This document shows positions 39,094-49,197 of a stretch of DNA of 64,000 bases, in pieces. The first letter of the stretch is position 1. Every line of letters starts with the position of its first letter. The stretch is from an uncultured Chloroflexia bacterium (GTDB taxonomy: Bacteria; Chloroflexota; Chloroflexia; QHBQ01; JADMIH01), in assembly GCA_963797095.1 (NCBI GenBank), contig CAWCNY010000002.1, positions 832,001 through 896,000 of the forward strand. Direction: 5' to 3'. The notes under the pieces were generated by a model that was not told where the DNA came from, ran no database searches, and saw only the letters and a program-made list of their open reading frames with translations. Both the position numbers and the translations under genes were made by a program.

Positions 39094-39897
39094 ATGATAG
39101 ATCGCCAGGTACGCACACAACTCTACTTGAAATACAGCAAAGCAAGCCAATTACCTCTCATGGTATTGGCCTTGTTGATGATCCCTCTATTGCTCGCCCC
39201 CGAATTGTTTGAACTCACTACCAATCAACTCAACTTCATAGATGACCTCGATTGGTTCATCTATGCCTGTTTCGCAACTGATTTTGTCATAAAGATCTAT
39301 CTTGCGCCCTCAATCCGCGAGCACCTGCGCGATAACTGGCTCGATGTTGTAATCGTTGCCTTACCCTTACTCCGACCGCTCAGGTTATTACAGAGCGCCA
39401 GGTTGTTACGTTTGTTGCGGGCCATGCGTCTTGTAGTCTTCGCCGCCGAAGGAACCAGCAAATTGAAGTCGATCCTGGCACGCAGGGGTTTTAGTACCGT
39501 TCTGGGTATTACTATGGTGGTTGTGGTCCTGTGTGCCGCGCTGGTCTATGCTTTCGAGCGTTCGGAAGAGGGCACTATTCAAAGTTTCGGTGATGCTCTC
39601 TGGTGGGCGCTTGCTACTGTAACCACGGTCGGGTATGGCGATGCTGTGCCACACACTCCTGAGGGCAGGGGCATCGCGATCTTCCTTATGCTGGCAGGTA
39701 TTGCCTTCTATAGTATTCTTACCGCAAATATCGCAGCCTTCTTTGTGGGGGCTGATGACGAACATGCCAACAAAGATATGGAGCTAAAACTAGATCTTAT
39801 TCTGCGACGCTTAGACCTTATCGAAGCGTCAATGAACGCGCCTGCCAGGGAGGATGGCGGGTCGAACGATCCTGAAAACAAAGAGCTATCATCATGA
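39094..39897 (+). CDS. 6-TM voltage-gated-type potassium channel
   Basis: S4-like LRPLRLL..RLLRLLR, TTVGYGD selectivity filter; GGAGG RBS. Confidence 0.92.
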   Translation: MIDRQVRTQLYLKYSKASQLPLMVLALLMIPLLLAPELFELTTNQLNFIDDLDWFIYACFATDFVIKIYLAPSIREHLRDNWLDVVIVALPLLRPLRLLQSARLLRLLRAMRLVVFAAEGTSKLKSILARRGFSTVLGITMVVVVLCAALVYAFERSEEGTIQSFGDALWWALATVTTVGYGDAVPHTPEGRGIAIFLMLAGIAFYSILTANIAAFFVGADDEHANKDMELKLDLILRRLDLIEASMNAPAREDGGSNDPENKELSS

Positions 39898-39977
39898 TGG
39901 CCTCATTCTAGCGGCTTGCAGGTAGCGGTTGGGGTGGAATGCCTGTATAGGTTACAATGCTTCCGGGAGGGTGTTAC

Positions 39978-40742
39978 ATGGAAGTGAGATTGCTCGGCGC
40001 TCACCAGGGGCAAAGCCGTGAGATCGGGTTTATGTCGATCCTGGTGGATGGGAAGCTGGCGATAGACGCCGGGGGGCTGACCACTGCCCTTACATTGGAG
40101 GAGCAAGAGGGTATCGAGGCTATGCTGGTCACGCACCGGCACTTCGACCACATCAAGGATCTGGTGGGGTTGGCTCATAACAACTGGCAGGTACGAAGCC
40201 TGAACATTTATTGTATAGACGATGTGCGCTCAGCTTTGCGGGCGCATATTTTCAATGATGTGTTGTGGCCCACCATGAGCGTGCAGATGGGACCTCTGTA
40301 TCCACTTACATGGCACAGAGTGGAGATTGGTGTGCCGTTCGAGGTGGTGGGCTATAAGGTGACCGCCATAGAGATGTCGCATACGGTGCCGACGGTGGGG
40401 TATTTTGTAGAACGGGGCGGCAGCAGTTTCTTCTACACGGCGGATACGCGTGGTGATGGCGATCCATCGTGGGCGGGCATAAGGCCCGATCTGCTGATCT
40501 CTGAGACGACGATGGCGAGCGCGAACGAAATGATCGCATATGCCGCCGGGCACATGACGCCGCTATCGCTGGGACGTGAGTTGCGGGCCTTCAAGGAGCA
40601 AGAGGGATATTACCCGAAAACCGTGTGCGTGCACATCAACCCGCACCAGGAGCCGGATGTTGTGCCGGAACTGGGGGCGCTGGCGAAGGAACTAGACGCC
40701 GATATCACGCCGGGGCGCGAAGGTATGGTTTTCAACCTGTGA
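39978..40742 (+). CDS. MBL-fold metallohydrolase (class II cAMP phosphodiesterase-like)
   Basis: THRHFDHIKDL, HTVPT, YTADT, GHMTP motifs. Confidence 0.82.
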   Translation: MEVRLLGAHQGQSREIGFMSILVDGKLAIDAGGLTTALTLEEQEGIEAMLVTHRHFDHIKDLVGLAHNNWQVRSLNIYCIDDVRSALRAHIFNDVLWPTMSVQMGPLYPLTWHRVEIGVPFEVVGYKVTAIEMSHTVPTVGYFVERGGSSFFYTADTRGDGDPSWAGIRPDLLISETTMASANEMIAYAAGHMTPLSLGRELRAFKEQEGYYPKTVCVHINPHQEPDVVPELGALAKELDADITPGREGMVFNL

Positions 40743-40796
40743 CGATGGACGATAGTTCCAAGTTCCAACTATTGACTACCGACCACCGACCTCGCC

Positions 40797-42101
40797 CTAA
40801 ATCACTCTTGCTCGTATTCTTGCTGAGGCCCAGTCCATCGCGATAACTACTATGGCGATAGCCCAAACTACGGTAGCCGCTTTGTGGTAGTCGCTAATGT
40901 TGATATATTGGATCAGCAGGAAACCAACCCCGCCGCCTCCCACGAAACCTATGATCGTGGAGGCGCGCACATTTCTGTCCCACATATATAGTGTGAACGC
41001 TATGAACTGCGGGATAAACTGCGGGATGACCGCGTACTGAATCACCTGTATGCGATTCGCACCGGTAGCCGTGATTGCTTCCAGTGGGCCGGGATCGATT
41101 GCCTCGATTGCTTCCGAGTAGAATTTACCCAGAGATGCTATGGCGTAGACCATAAGCGCCAGCACGCCCGCGAAGGGGCCTAGACCCACTGTGGCCGCAA
41201 AGATTACTCCCAGGATCAGCGACTCGATTGAACGCAGGATGTTGAATATCGTGCGAGCAATGGTATAAATGGCTGTTCCCCAGAAAGTATGTGGCATCAG
41301 GTTGCGGGCGGCCAGGAAGCTCAAAGGCAAGCTTATGACAATAGCAAAACTGGTTGCCATCAGCGCCAGGAAGATCGTTTCGATGATCTTCTGAACTACC
41401 AGATTAAAAGTGTCGCTAAGGTAGATGTTGCCGAAGCTCCAATTCTGAGTAACAGCGAGCGTATTAGGGAAACTGAATGAGTTCACAACGCGGTCGCTCT
41501 CGCTTGGGACCTGTACTTCAGTGCTGAAGTTGCCACTAGCGTCCGCTGTGAATGTTCCAATGCTTTGTGTGAATGCGTTGGTGCCTGTGCTTTGCCAGAG
41601 TATTTTGCCCTCGGTGTTGGGCCGGAACCCTTTGCCCGTAATGGTCAGGGTCTGACCCGGCATCACCTGGTCCGTGGATGTGGTAAGTGTTACGCTGTAG
41701 GTCTCCTCATCATTGATATCCGTTGCCTGGCTGTTCGCATCGCCTGCCCTCTGGATTATGGGGCTTACTGAGGTCTCGACGTTACCCTGGTTTACCTGCG
41801 CGGGTGGGGTTTCGACACCTACAATCGGTAGTGATACCTGTAGCTGCTTCTGATCTTGTGCGATCACGTCAGGCTGTACTAGTTCACCCAACCTGCGCGT
41901 CAACTCAGGCCACTTGGCTATAAGGGTAGGAGGATCTATCTGGGCGACCTTCCAGCCTACCACATGAGCTGCTACGATCACGATCACGAGTATCAAGGCA
42001 AACCATGAACGCAGGAAGAAGGGCCTGGGAGGTTTGACCACAGGCTGTGTGGTATCGGGCATGTTGCTCTGCCTGGTTAGCGGTTTGTCCACTGTTGCCA
42101 T
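40797..42101 (-). CDS. phnE: Phosphonate/phosphate-ester ABC permease with a large extracytoplasmic insertion
   Basis: GLGPFAGVLAL, KFYSEAIE, NVRASTIIGFVGGGG motifs. Confidence 0.85.
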   Translation of the reverse strand: MATVDKPLTRQSNMPDTTQPVVKPPRPFFLRSWFALILVIVIVAAHVVGWKVAQIDPPTLIAKWPELTRRLGELVQPDVIAQDQKQLQVSLPIVGVETPPAQVNQGNVETSVSPIIQRAGDANSQATDINDEETYSVTLTTSTDQVMPGQTLTITGKGFRPNTEGKILWQSTGTNAFTQSIGTFTADASGNFSTEVQVPSESDRVVNSFSFPNTLAVTQNWSFGNIYLSDTFNLVVQKIIETIFLALMATSFAIVISLPLSFLAARNLMPHTFWGTAIYTIARTIFNILRSIESLILGVIFAATVGLGPFAGVLALMVYAIASLGKFYSEAIEAIDPGPLEAITATGANRIQVIQYAVIPQFIPQFIAFTLYMWDRNVRASTIIGFVGGGGVGFLLIQYINISDYHKAATVVWAIAIVVIAMDWASARIRARVI

Positions 42102-42155
42102 GCTTCAACCTCCGGTTTGACGAAGTATGAATAAGCCTCTCATCTGCAACCTTCG

Positions 42156-42977
42156 TCAGCGAATAGTGCTTGCCATGCTCCTATCGGGTGCGACTTTGCC
42201 GTCGCCTGGGCCGATCTCCACTTCCACCGCATCTTCTCCGTAGATATCGCGGAACTTCTTTTCATCGATTTCGAGGGCGGGGCCATCGAACACGATATGC
42301 CCGCCTTCGCCATCGTTGCGGAGGGCGATCACGCGGTCGGCGTAGCGGCGGGCAAGCGACAGGAAGTGGAGATTGCAGAGGACCGTGATACCATCCTCCT
42401 TGTTGATCTGCTCAAGGTACTTCATCACCGAGTGCGAGGTAGCAGGGTCAAGCGAGGCCACCGGCTCATCGGCGAGCATATAGCGGGGGTTCTGCATGAG
42501 GGCGCGGGCGATGCCTACACGCTGCTGCTGGCCGCCCGATAGCTGGTCGGCGCGGTTCCAGGCTTTCTGCGGAATGCCCACACGCGTGAGGTTATGCATC
42601 GCCATCGTGTAGTCTTCCTGTGAGAAGCGATGAAAGAGCGAAGGGAGGGTCTGTTTGTAGCCAAGCCTGCCCGACAGCACGTTGGTTATAACCGAAGATC
42701 GCCTGACCAGATTGAACTGCTGGAAAATCATCCCTATCTTGAGGCGTATCTTGCGGATCTGCGCGGCATTGGCCCCGGTAACGTTTTCGCCATCGATCAT
42801 GACGCGCCCGGAGGTCGGCTTGATGAGGCCGTTGATACAGCGCAAAAGGGTGGATTTGCCTGAGCCGGACAGACCTATGATCACGAGGAATTGGCCGTCC
42901 GGAATGTCGAGGTTGATATTGTGCAGCGCCCTGGTGCCATCGTCGTAGGTCTTGCTGAGATTTTCGATCTTGATCAT
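42156..42977 (-). CDS. phnC: Phosphonate ABC transporter ATPase
   Basis: [39 protein letters not shown] motifs. Confidence 0.92.
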   Translation of the reverse strand: MIKIENLSKTYDDGTRALHNINLDIPDGQFLVIIGLSGSGKSTLLRCINGLIKPTSGRVMIDGENVTGANAAQIRKIRLKIGMIFQQFNLVRRSSVITNVLSGRLGYKQTLPSLFHRFSQEDYTMAMHNLTRVGIPQKAWNRADQLSGGQQQRVGIARALMQNPRYMLADEPVASLDPATSHSVMKYLEQINKEDGITVLCNLHFLSLARRYADRVIALRNDGEGGHIVFDGPALEIDEKKFRDIYGEDAVEVEIGPGDGKVAPDRSMASTIR

Positions 42978-43064
42978 AGCGCCTCCATAGCAAAGCGAAA
43001 CGCTGAAGCGCGCCCCAAAAGGGCGGGCTTATTCGCACCATATGATACCACAAAGATCAAGGTT

Positions 43065-43197
43065 GGTAGTCGGTAGTCGGTAGTCAGAGGATAACTGACG
43101 AGTGACGAGTGACGAGCGACAAGTGACGAGTGACAGGAACTTGGAACCAGGAACTTGGAACTTGGAACTATAGTCCGACTACCGACTACCGACTACC
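43065..43197. repeat. Composite heptamer array
   Basis: (GGTAGTC)3 - (GACGAGT)n - (GGAACTT/GGAACCA)n - (GACTACC)3. Confidence 0.9.
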
Positions 43198-43896
43198 AGT
43201 GAACTCCTGCCAGGCGAACTCTATGTTTCGCAAGTGGTCTTCTACAAAGGGGTAGTCTTCATAAACATCGCGGGCTACAGACAGAACACGGTCGAGTGGT
43301 AGGCGGGCGGCCAGCGACGTTAGGACGTGGCGGACGAGATTCTGGGTGTACTCGCGGTCGGCGGCTATGCGCGAGCGTATCTCCCGCTTGCCCTGGGCCG
43401 GTGATCCCCGTTGAGGGAGCTCAAGCCTGGTATCGAACGTTTCTATTGTTTCCAGAGCTTGCAGGTAGCTATCCGCGCCTCCATCGAGGAGTGGTATATA
43501 ACCGGCAGAGAGCAGGCCCCCGCAAAGAAGGATGCGCGCCTTTTTGTGGTATACCCCGATCCGGTTGGGCGAGAGAGATGCGGTTTCCCAGCCCGACACA
43601 GGTGGTGGCAGCAGAGGCGCGCTTGCGCTTGAGACTGGCGTAATGACGATGGCATTGGGCCAACGCAGGCGCGCAGGGTGGTCGCCCGGCTCCTCAGTGA
43701 AGAGGAGCGCGCCGATTCCGCGCTCCATATCCCCGGCAAACTTGCCAAGTGCATCAATTTCAATGGTCAGGTCGCCGGGATCAACTACCACCAAAGGTCC
43801 ATCGCCCTCGACATCGAGAAGCACAGCGATATTACGCTCGTTATCGCTGTTGTGTAACGCCCATAGGCCGGGTGCGAGTTCGGTGCTCTGGATCAT
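43186..43896 (-). CDS. Degenerate MBL-fold protein
   Basis: VVDPG and LLFTEEPGDH in place of THxHxDH. Confidence 0.55.
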   Translation of the reverse strand: MIQSTELAPGLWALHNSDNERNIAVLLDVEGDGPLVVVDPGDLTIEIDALGKFAGDMERGIGALLFTEEPGDHPARLRWPNAIVITPVSSASAPLLPPPVSGWETASLSPNRIGVYHKKARILLCGGLLSAGYIPLLDGGADSYLQALETIETFDTRLELPQRGSPAQGKREIRSRIAADREYTQNLVRHVLTSLAARLPLDRVLSVARDVYEDYPFVEDHLRNIEFAWQEFTGSR

Positions 43897-43955
43897 GAAA
43901 GTGTGGAGTGCGGAGTGCGAAGTTCGGAATGGGATGCTTTGTACTCCGCATTCAT

Positions 43956-46001
43956 TTATTGCTTTCGCCTGGTGACAATATCTACCGTGCTGTACTTCTT
44001 GACAACCGTATCCGGAAGGGGGTTCTGGCGGAGCACTGCACCCGGCGGAACGCTCTCGGTGGGATCGTCCTCCTCGGTGATCGAGCCTACTTTGAGACCC
44101 GCCAACTCCAGGCGCTGGATCGCGAGATCCATATCTACAATACCGATCAGGTTCGGAACTGTGGCGGTCACGCCCATGCTGACCACCATGGTCACATTGC
44201 CTCCGGGATAAACCACTTCGCCCGCCGCGGGATCGGTCTTGATTACCGCACCTTCAGCGATAGTGTCGCTCCCTTTCTGGCTGACCTTCACGATCAGGCC
44301 TGTGCTTTCGAGCAAGGCTCGCGCCTCGTTGGCGTCTGTATTGGCGAGGTCGGGCAGAGCGAAGCCGGGCGGACCGCTGCTCACGCGCACGGTGATAATC
44401 CTGGTTTGCTGGTAAACCGCGTCGGGTGGAGGGTCCTGCTGGGCCACTATATCGGCGGGGTACTCAATGCTCTCGATGCGCCCGATCTCAAGCAGCACAA
44501 AGCCCTTTTGCTTGGCAAGCACTGCCGCATCCTTCACATTGAGTCCGAGCAGCCTGGGTACAGCCACCGAGATAGGCGTGTTGGTGGCCGTGGGGGTCGA
44601 TGTGGGCGTGGCGGTAGCCGTGGGCGTGGCGGTGTTAGTGGGTGTGGCGGTGGGCACGGTGGGTGTGGGGGTTGGGCTTGGGATCACCACTTCGCTAGGC
44701 GTGACCAGGTTCACGATCTGCGGGAAAAAGATGGCGATACCCCCTCCCAGGAGGGCCAGCCCGAAGAGGAGGAAGAGCGCGATGGCGGCTGGACTGCAAC
44801 CAATGCCCGCGCCCTGCACGCGCACAGCGCTTGGGCGGATCGCCATCGAAGTGGGGCCGCCCAGGGCGCTCATGTTGCGGGCAGCCGCGCTTGCTCCACC
44901 GTTGCCAGCGCCTAACGGGATCGGGTAAGCGCCTCTCGACAGGCTGCCGGTCCTAAGCGAGCCTGTGTTGCCCCTGAGTGAACCCGTCGAGCCTCTGAGG
45001 CTGTTGGTGGCGGCTCCCTGGCCCGCCAATTGGCCTCTGACCACATGTGTGCCTGCGCCCGTAATGTTGGGGCGGGCTTGCGGGACGCTGAGGCCGATCT
45101 CCTGGGTGGTTTGCTGGCCGGATAGCTGGAGGCTGCGAAGCGAGCGCTCCATCTCGGCGGCGCTGCCGTAGCGCTGGATCGGATCTTTGGCGAGGGCTTT
45201 GAGCACTATCGCTTCCAGGCGTAAGGGCACGTTGGGGTTGAGAGTGCGGGGTGAGGGTGGCGGCTCACTGATGTGCTTGTAGGCCAGCCCCACCGCGTTT
45301 TCGCTCTCGAACGGGAGCCTGCCAGTGATCATCTCGAAGAGGGTGACGCCCAGCGCGTAAATATCCGATTGCGGCGTGACCCGCTCGCCTTTGGCCTGTT
45401 CGGGCGAGAAATAGTTGGCGGTTCCCAGGGCCGTGCCCGCGTCGGTGAGGCTGAGGTCGGACACGCTCTTGGCGATGCCGAAGTCGGTCACCTTGACGGT
45501 GCCATCGCCCGTGATGAGGATGTTCTGGGGCTTGATATCGCGGTGGATCAGGCCGCTGCGGTGGGCGTATTCGAGGCCGGCGAGAATCTGGGCCGCGATA
45601 TTTACCGCCCGCTCAAGGGGGAGGGGTGCGCCTGGGGTCTTATTGAGCAACTCTTTGAGGCTTTGCCCGGCCACGAACTCCATCACGATGTAATGGGTGT
45701 CGCCATCCTGGCCCACGTCATATACGGAGACGATGTTGGGGTGGGTGAGGTTGGCGGCGGCCTGGGCTTCGCGGCGGAAACGGGCCACGAATGGCGCGTC
45801 TTCAGCATACTGCTCGCGCAGGATCTTGACGGCCACGATCCGGCCCAGGATGTTATCGCGGGCTTTGTAGACGGTAGCCATCCCGCCACCGCCCACCGGG
45901 GCTATGAGGGAATAGCGCCCGTTGAGGACGCGACCGTTTCCACCTTTTGCCGGTTGCCTGTCGCCGGATAGACCGCTTGCGCCGTTATTTGCAGATACCA
46001 A
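43956..46001 (-). CDS. pknB: PASTA-domain Ser/Thr protein kinase (PknB/Stk1-like)
   Basis: GGGGMATVY, VAVK, HRDIKPQN, DFGIA, SPEQA, TM, three PASTA repeats. Confidence 0.92.
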   Translation of the reverse strand: MVSANNGASGLSGDRQPAKGGNGRVLNGRYSLIAPVGGGGMATVYKARDNILGRIVAVKILREQYAEDAPFVARFRREAQAAANLTHPNIVSVYDVGQDGDTHYIVMEFVAGQSLKELLNKTPGAPLPLERAVNIAAQILAGLEYAHRSGLIHRDIKPQNILITGDGTVKVTDFGIAKSVSDLSLTDAGTALGTANYFSPEQAKGERVTPQSDIYALGVTLFEMITGRLPFESENAVGLAYKHISEPPPSPRTLNPNVPLRLEAIVLKALAKDPIQRYGSAAEMERSLRSLQLSGQQTTQEIGLSVPQARPNITGAGTHVVRGQLAGQGAATNSLRGSTGSLRGNTGSLRTGSLSRGAYPIPLGAGNGGASAAARNMSALGGPTSMAIRPSAVRVQGAGIGCSPAAIALFLLFGLALLGGGIAIFFPQIVNLVTPSEVVIPSPTPTPTVPTATPTNTATPTATATPTSTPTATNTPISVAVPRLLGLNVKDAAVLAKQKGFVLLEIGRIESIEYPADIVAQQDPPPDAVYQQTRIITVRVSSGPPGFALPDLANTDANEARALLESTGLIVKVSQKGSDTIAEGAVIKTDPAAGEVVYPGGNVTMVVSMGVTATVPNLIGIVDMDLAIQRLELAGLKVGSITEEDDPTESVPPGAVLRQNPLPDTVVKKYSTVDIVTRRKQ

Positions 46002-46198
46002 GAGATTGCCTTTTGTCCCGGAATGCTGGGGCGATGCGCCCGTCCCCGTGTTTGCTGCTCCTCAGGACTCTATCGTAATCATAAACGCAGGCAAAAGTGA
46101 ATTATCCACATCGTCGGGGACAGTGACGCCTGGCGATTAATTGTAAGGCAGCGCAGGTGGGTTGTCAAACGGGGCAGTACGGAAAATTGCGTAGTGCA

Positions 46199-46747
46199 CT
46201 AGAGGATCTTGTCCAGCGTTTGTGCCACCGCTGCCGTCGCCAGCCCATAGGCTACATGCGCACCCAGTGTATGCGCGTGAAGCTCAGGCGGGGAAGAGGT
46301 CGGCCCTTCCGCGAGGCCGAGCAGAGGCACCGCCAGTTCATCACCGAGGCCCCACAACCCCACCGCCAGCGCGAGGCCACCGAGCAGATCGGGTATACGA
46401 GCCGAGCCGCGCACCGCGCCATAAAGGGCGGCCATCGACAGGCCGAACGCCCAATGTACTTCTGTGCTCAGCGTCGTTTTGGTTTCCTTCGTTTTAGGCT
46501 CTTTGCCTGTCACACCCTTGTATATGATACGGCCCGCAGCCTCGGTCGAGCCTTCGCCCTCCTTGTGCTGTTGTCCTACAAGCGAGATATCGTCCAGCGG
46601 GCCAGGCTCCTTGTTGCTTTCCTGGCGCGGGTCCTTGCCTGTGATAGCGTTTATCGCCTGCCAGTAACCTTTCATCGCCTGGATGCCCGCCGCCCCACCG
46701 ACCGCACCCAACACCAATCCCTTCCATCTATTTACTTGCTCGCCCAT
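46199..46747 (-). CDS. Membrane protein, DUF1440-like
   Basis: VHWAFG, GLWGLGDELAVP.LGL, AHVAYG motifs. Confidence 0.6.
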   Translation of the reverse strand: MGEQVNRWKGLVLGAVGGAAGIQAMKGYWQAINAITGKDPRQESNKEPGPLDDISLVGQQHKEGEGSTEAAGRIIYKGVTGKEPKTKETKTTLSTEVHWAFGLSMAALYGAVRGSARIPDLLGGLALAVGLWGLGDELAVPLLGLAEGPTSSPPELHAHTLGAHVAYGLATAAVAQTLDKIL

Positions 46748-47026
46748 ATAATCCCGCCTTTCGCAATCTAGACTTTCGCGCCCACTCCCTTGATATAGCA
46801 ACTGTCGTACCATGCACAGAAGGAGTATTGAGGCATTTGCAGGCGCTATTCGCGACCTGGCGGCCTGATCCTTGCTTAAAATTTGGTATTGCGCATGTTG
46901 CAAAAGCGTGTAAAATGGTGGGGATATCTTCCCCATTCACTTTTTCGTCGCAAGAATCATTTGTAACTCCCGCCTTATTGCAGCCATAGCGCTGTTATTC
47001 AAGTCTATTTACTCAGGAGAACGCAC

Positions 47027-49180
47027 GTGGCAACCCAGACCAAAGAAGAAGCAACATATTACGGCATGGACATCGCACAGCTATCGATCAACACAATCAG
47101 AACCCTCTCAATGGACGCTGTGCAGAAAGCCAATTCGGGCCACCCCGGCACACCGATGGCGAACGCGCCTCTGGCCTACCTACTCTATACCGAGACGATG
47201 CGCCATAACCCCCGCGACCCTCACTGGCAGAACCGCGACCGCTTTATTTTGTCGGCAGGGCACGCCTCAATGCTCCTCTACTCCATCCTATATTTGACGG
47301 GCTACGATTTGAGCCTGGAGGAGCTAAAGAACTTCCGCCAGTGGGGCAGCAAAACGCCAGGCCACCCCGAATACCACGACACGCCCGGAGTGGAGACCAC
47401 CACCGGGCCTCTCGGTCAGGGCTTCGGCAACGGAGTAGGCATGGCCCTCGCCGAGCGCTGGCTGCGCGAGCGTTTCAACAAGGATGGCTTCCCCATCGTG
47501 GACCACTACACCTACGCCCTCTGCTCCGACGGCGACCTCATGGAGGGCGTGGCCTCCGAAGCCGCGTCCATCGCGGGCTTCCTCAAGCTGGGCAAGCTGA
47601 TCTATTTCTACGACGATAACACCATCACCATCGACGGCCACACCGATCTAGCCTTCAGTGAGGACGTGGGTAAGCGCTTCGAGGCATATGGCTGGCATGT
47701 GCAGCACGTAGACGATGCCAACGACCTGAATGCTCTCCGCAAGTCGATCAAGGTGGCGCAGGGCGTGGATGACCAACCCTCGCTTGTCATCGTCAAATCG
47801 ATCATCGCCTACGGCTCGCCCAACAAAGCCAACACCTCGGAGGCGCACGGCTCGCCGCTCGGCAAGGACGAGGTCATCCTGACCAAGCAGAACCTCGGCT
47901 GGCCCTGGGAGGAGCCTTTCTATGTGCCCGACGAGGCGCTGCAATATTGCAGACAGGCGATCCTGCGCGGCGAGCAGGAGCAGGAATCGTGGGAAGACCT
48001 GATGAAGCGCTACAAGGCCGAGTTCCCGGAGGCAGCCCGCGAGTACAAGCTATTTATGTCGGGTGGCCTGCCCGACGGCTGGGACGATGACCTTCCCACT
48101 TTCGGCCCTGAGAAGGGTCCAATGGCTACCCGCACCTCGTCGGGGCAGACGGTGAACGTTGTGGCTAAGAAGGTGCTCAATCTTGTGGCCGGGGCAGCAG
48201 ACCTCTATCCCTCAACGGATGTATATATAAAGGAAGGAGGCGACCTGAGAGGCGATAATTTCATGGCCCGCAATGCCCACTATGGCATCCGCGAGCATGG
48301 CATGGGGGCTATCCTCCAGGGAATCGCGCTGCATAAGGGCATGATAGCTTTCGGCTCGACCTTCCTCATCTTCTACGACTATATGCGCCCTCCCCTGCGG
48401 TTGGCAGGCATCATGAAGAATCCGTTGCTCATGGTCTACACACACGACAGTATAGGGTTAGGGGAGGATGGACCCACCCACCAGCCTGTAGAGCAGCTTT
48501 CGGGCCTGCGGTCGGTGCCCAACATGTGGATGATCCGCCCCGCCGACGCCAACGAAAGCGTCTACTCCTGGCGGGCAGCCCTAATGCGGCGCGATGGCCC
48601 TACCTGCCTGGTCATGTCCCGCCAGAAGGTGCCCATCTTCGACCGGGCCAGGTATGCCGGTGCCGAGGGCGTCATGCGCGGCGCGTATGTGCTGTCGGAG
48701 GCTAAGGGCGGCAAGCCCGACCTGATATTGATCGGCACGGGCACCGAGGTGCAGTGGGCCATTGGCGCTCAGCCTGTATTGGAGGGGCAGGGGATCAAGA
48801 CACGTGTGGTCTCCATGCCTTGCTGGGAATTATTCGAGGAACAGGACAAATCATACCGGGAGGAGGTGTTGCCGCCTGACGTGAAGAAACGGATCGCTCT
48901 CGAGGCAGCGTCGCCGATGGGATGGCATAAATGGGTAGGGGATGAGGGCGATATCATAGGCGTTGAAACCTATGGCGCGTCCGCCCCCGCCGAGATCATA
49001 TTCCAGAAATACGGGTTCTCCGTCGAAAACGTGGTAGAGCACGCGCTGGCTCTGTTCGGCAAAGGAAGCACAGGAGAGCGCCCCGCCCAATCAGGCAAAT
49101 CGGCCTCCCACGAGCGTGATCTGGAGAGGAAAGGCAAGACACAGACGGAGATGGAGACGCCTGCGGAGAAGCAGAGTTAG
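47027..49180 (+). CDS. tkt: Transketolase
   Basis: [38 protein letters not shown] motifs. Confidence 0.97.
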   Translation: MATQTKEEATYYGMDIAQLSINTIRTLSMDAVQKANSGHPGTPMANAPLAYLLYTETMRHNPRDPHWQNRDRFILSAGHASMLLYSILYLTGYDLSLEELKNFRQWGSKTPGHPEYHDTPGVETTTGPLGQGFGNGVGMALAERWLRERFNKDGFPIVDHYTYALCSDGDLMEGVASEAASIAGFLKLGKLIYFYDDNTITIDGHTDLAFSEDVGKRFEAYGWHVQHVDDANDLNALRKSIKVAQGVDDQPSLVIVKSIIAYGSPNKANTSEAHGSPLGKDEVILTKQNLGWPWEEPFYVPDEALQYCRQAILRGEQEQESWEDLMKRYKAEFPEAAREYKLFMSGGLPDGWDDDLPTFGPEKGPMATRTSSGQTVNVVAKKVLNLVAGAADLYPSTDVYIKEGGDLRGDNFMARNAHYGIREHGMGAILQGIALHKGMIAFGSTFLIFYDYMRPPLRLAGIMKNPLLMVYTHDSIGLGEDGPTHQPVEQLSGLRSVPNMWMIRPADANESVYSWRAALMRRDGPTCLVMSRQKVPIFDRARYAGAEGVMRGAYVLSEAKGGKPDLILIGTGTEVQWAIGAQPVLEGQGIKTRVVSMPCWELFEEQDKSYREEVLPPDVKKRIALEAASPMGWHKWVGDEGDIIGVETYGASAPAEIIFQKYGFSVENVVEHALALFGKGSTGERPAQSGKSASHERDLERKGKTQTEMETPAEKQS

Positions 49181-49197
49181 CGCCAAAGGAGATAATT

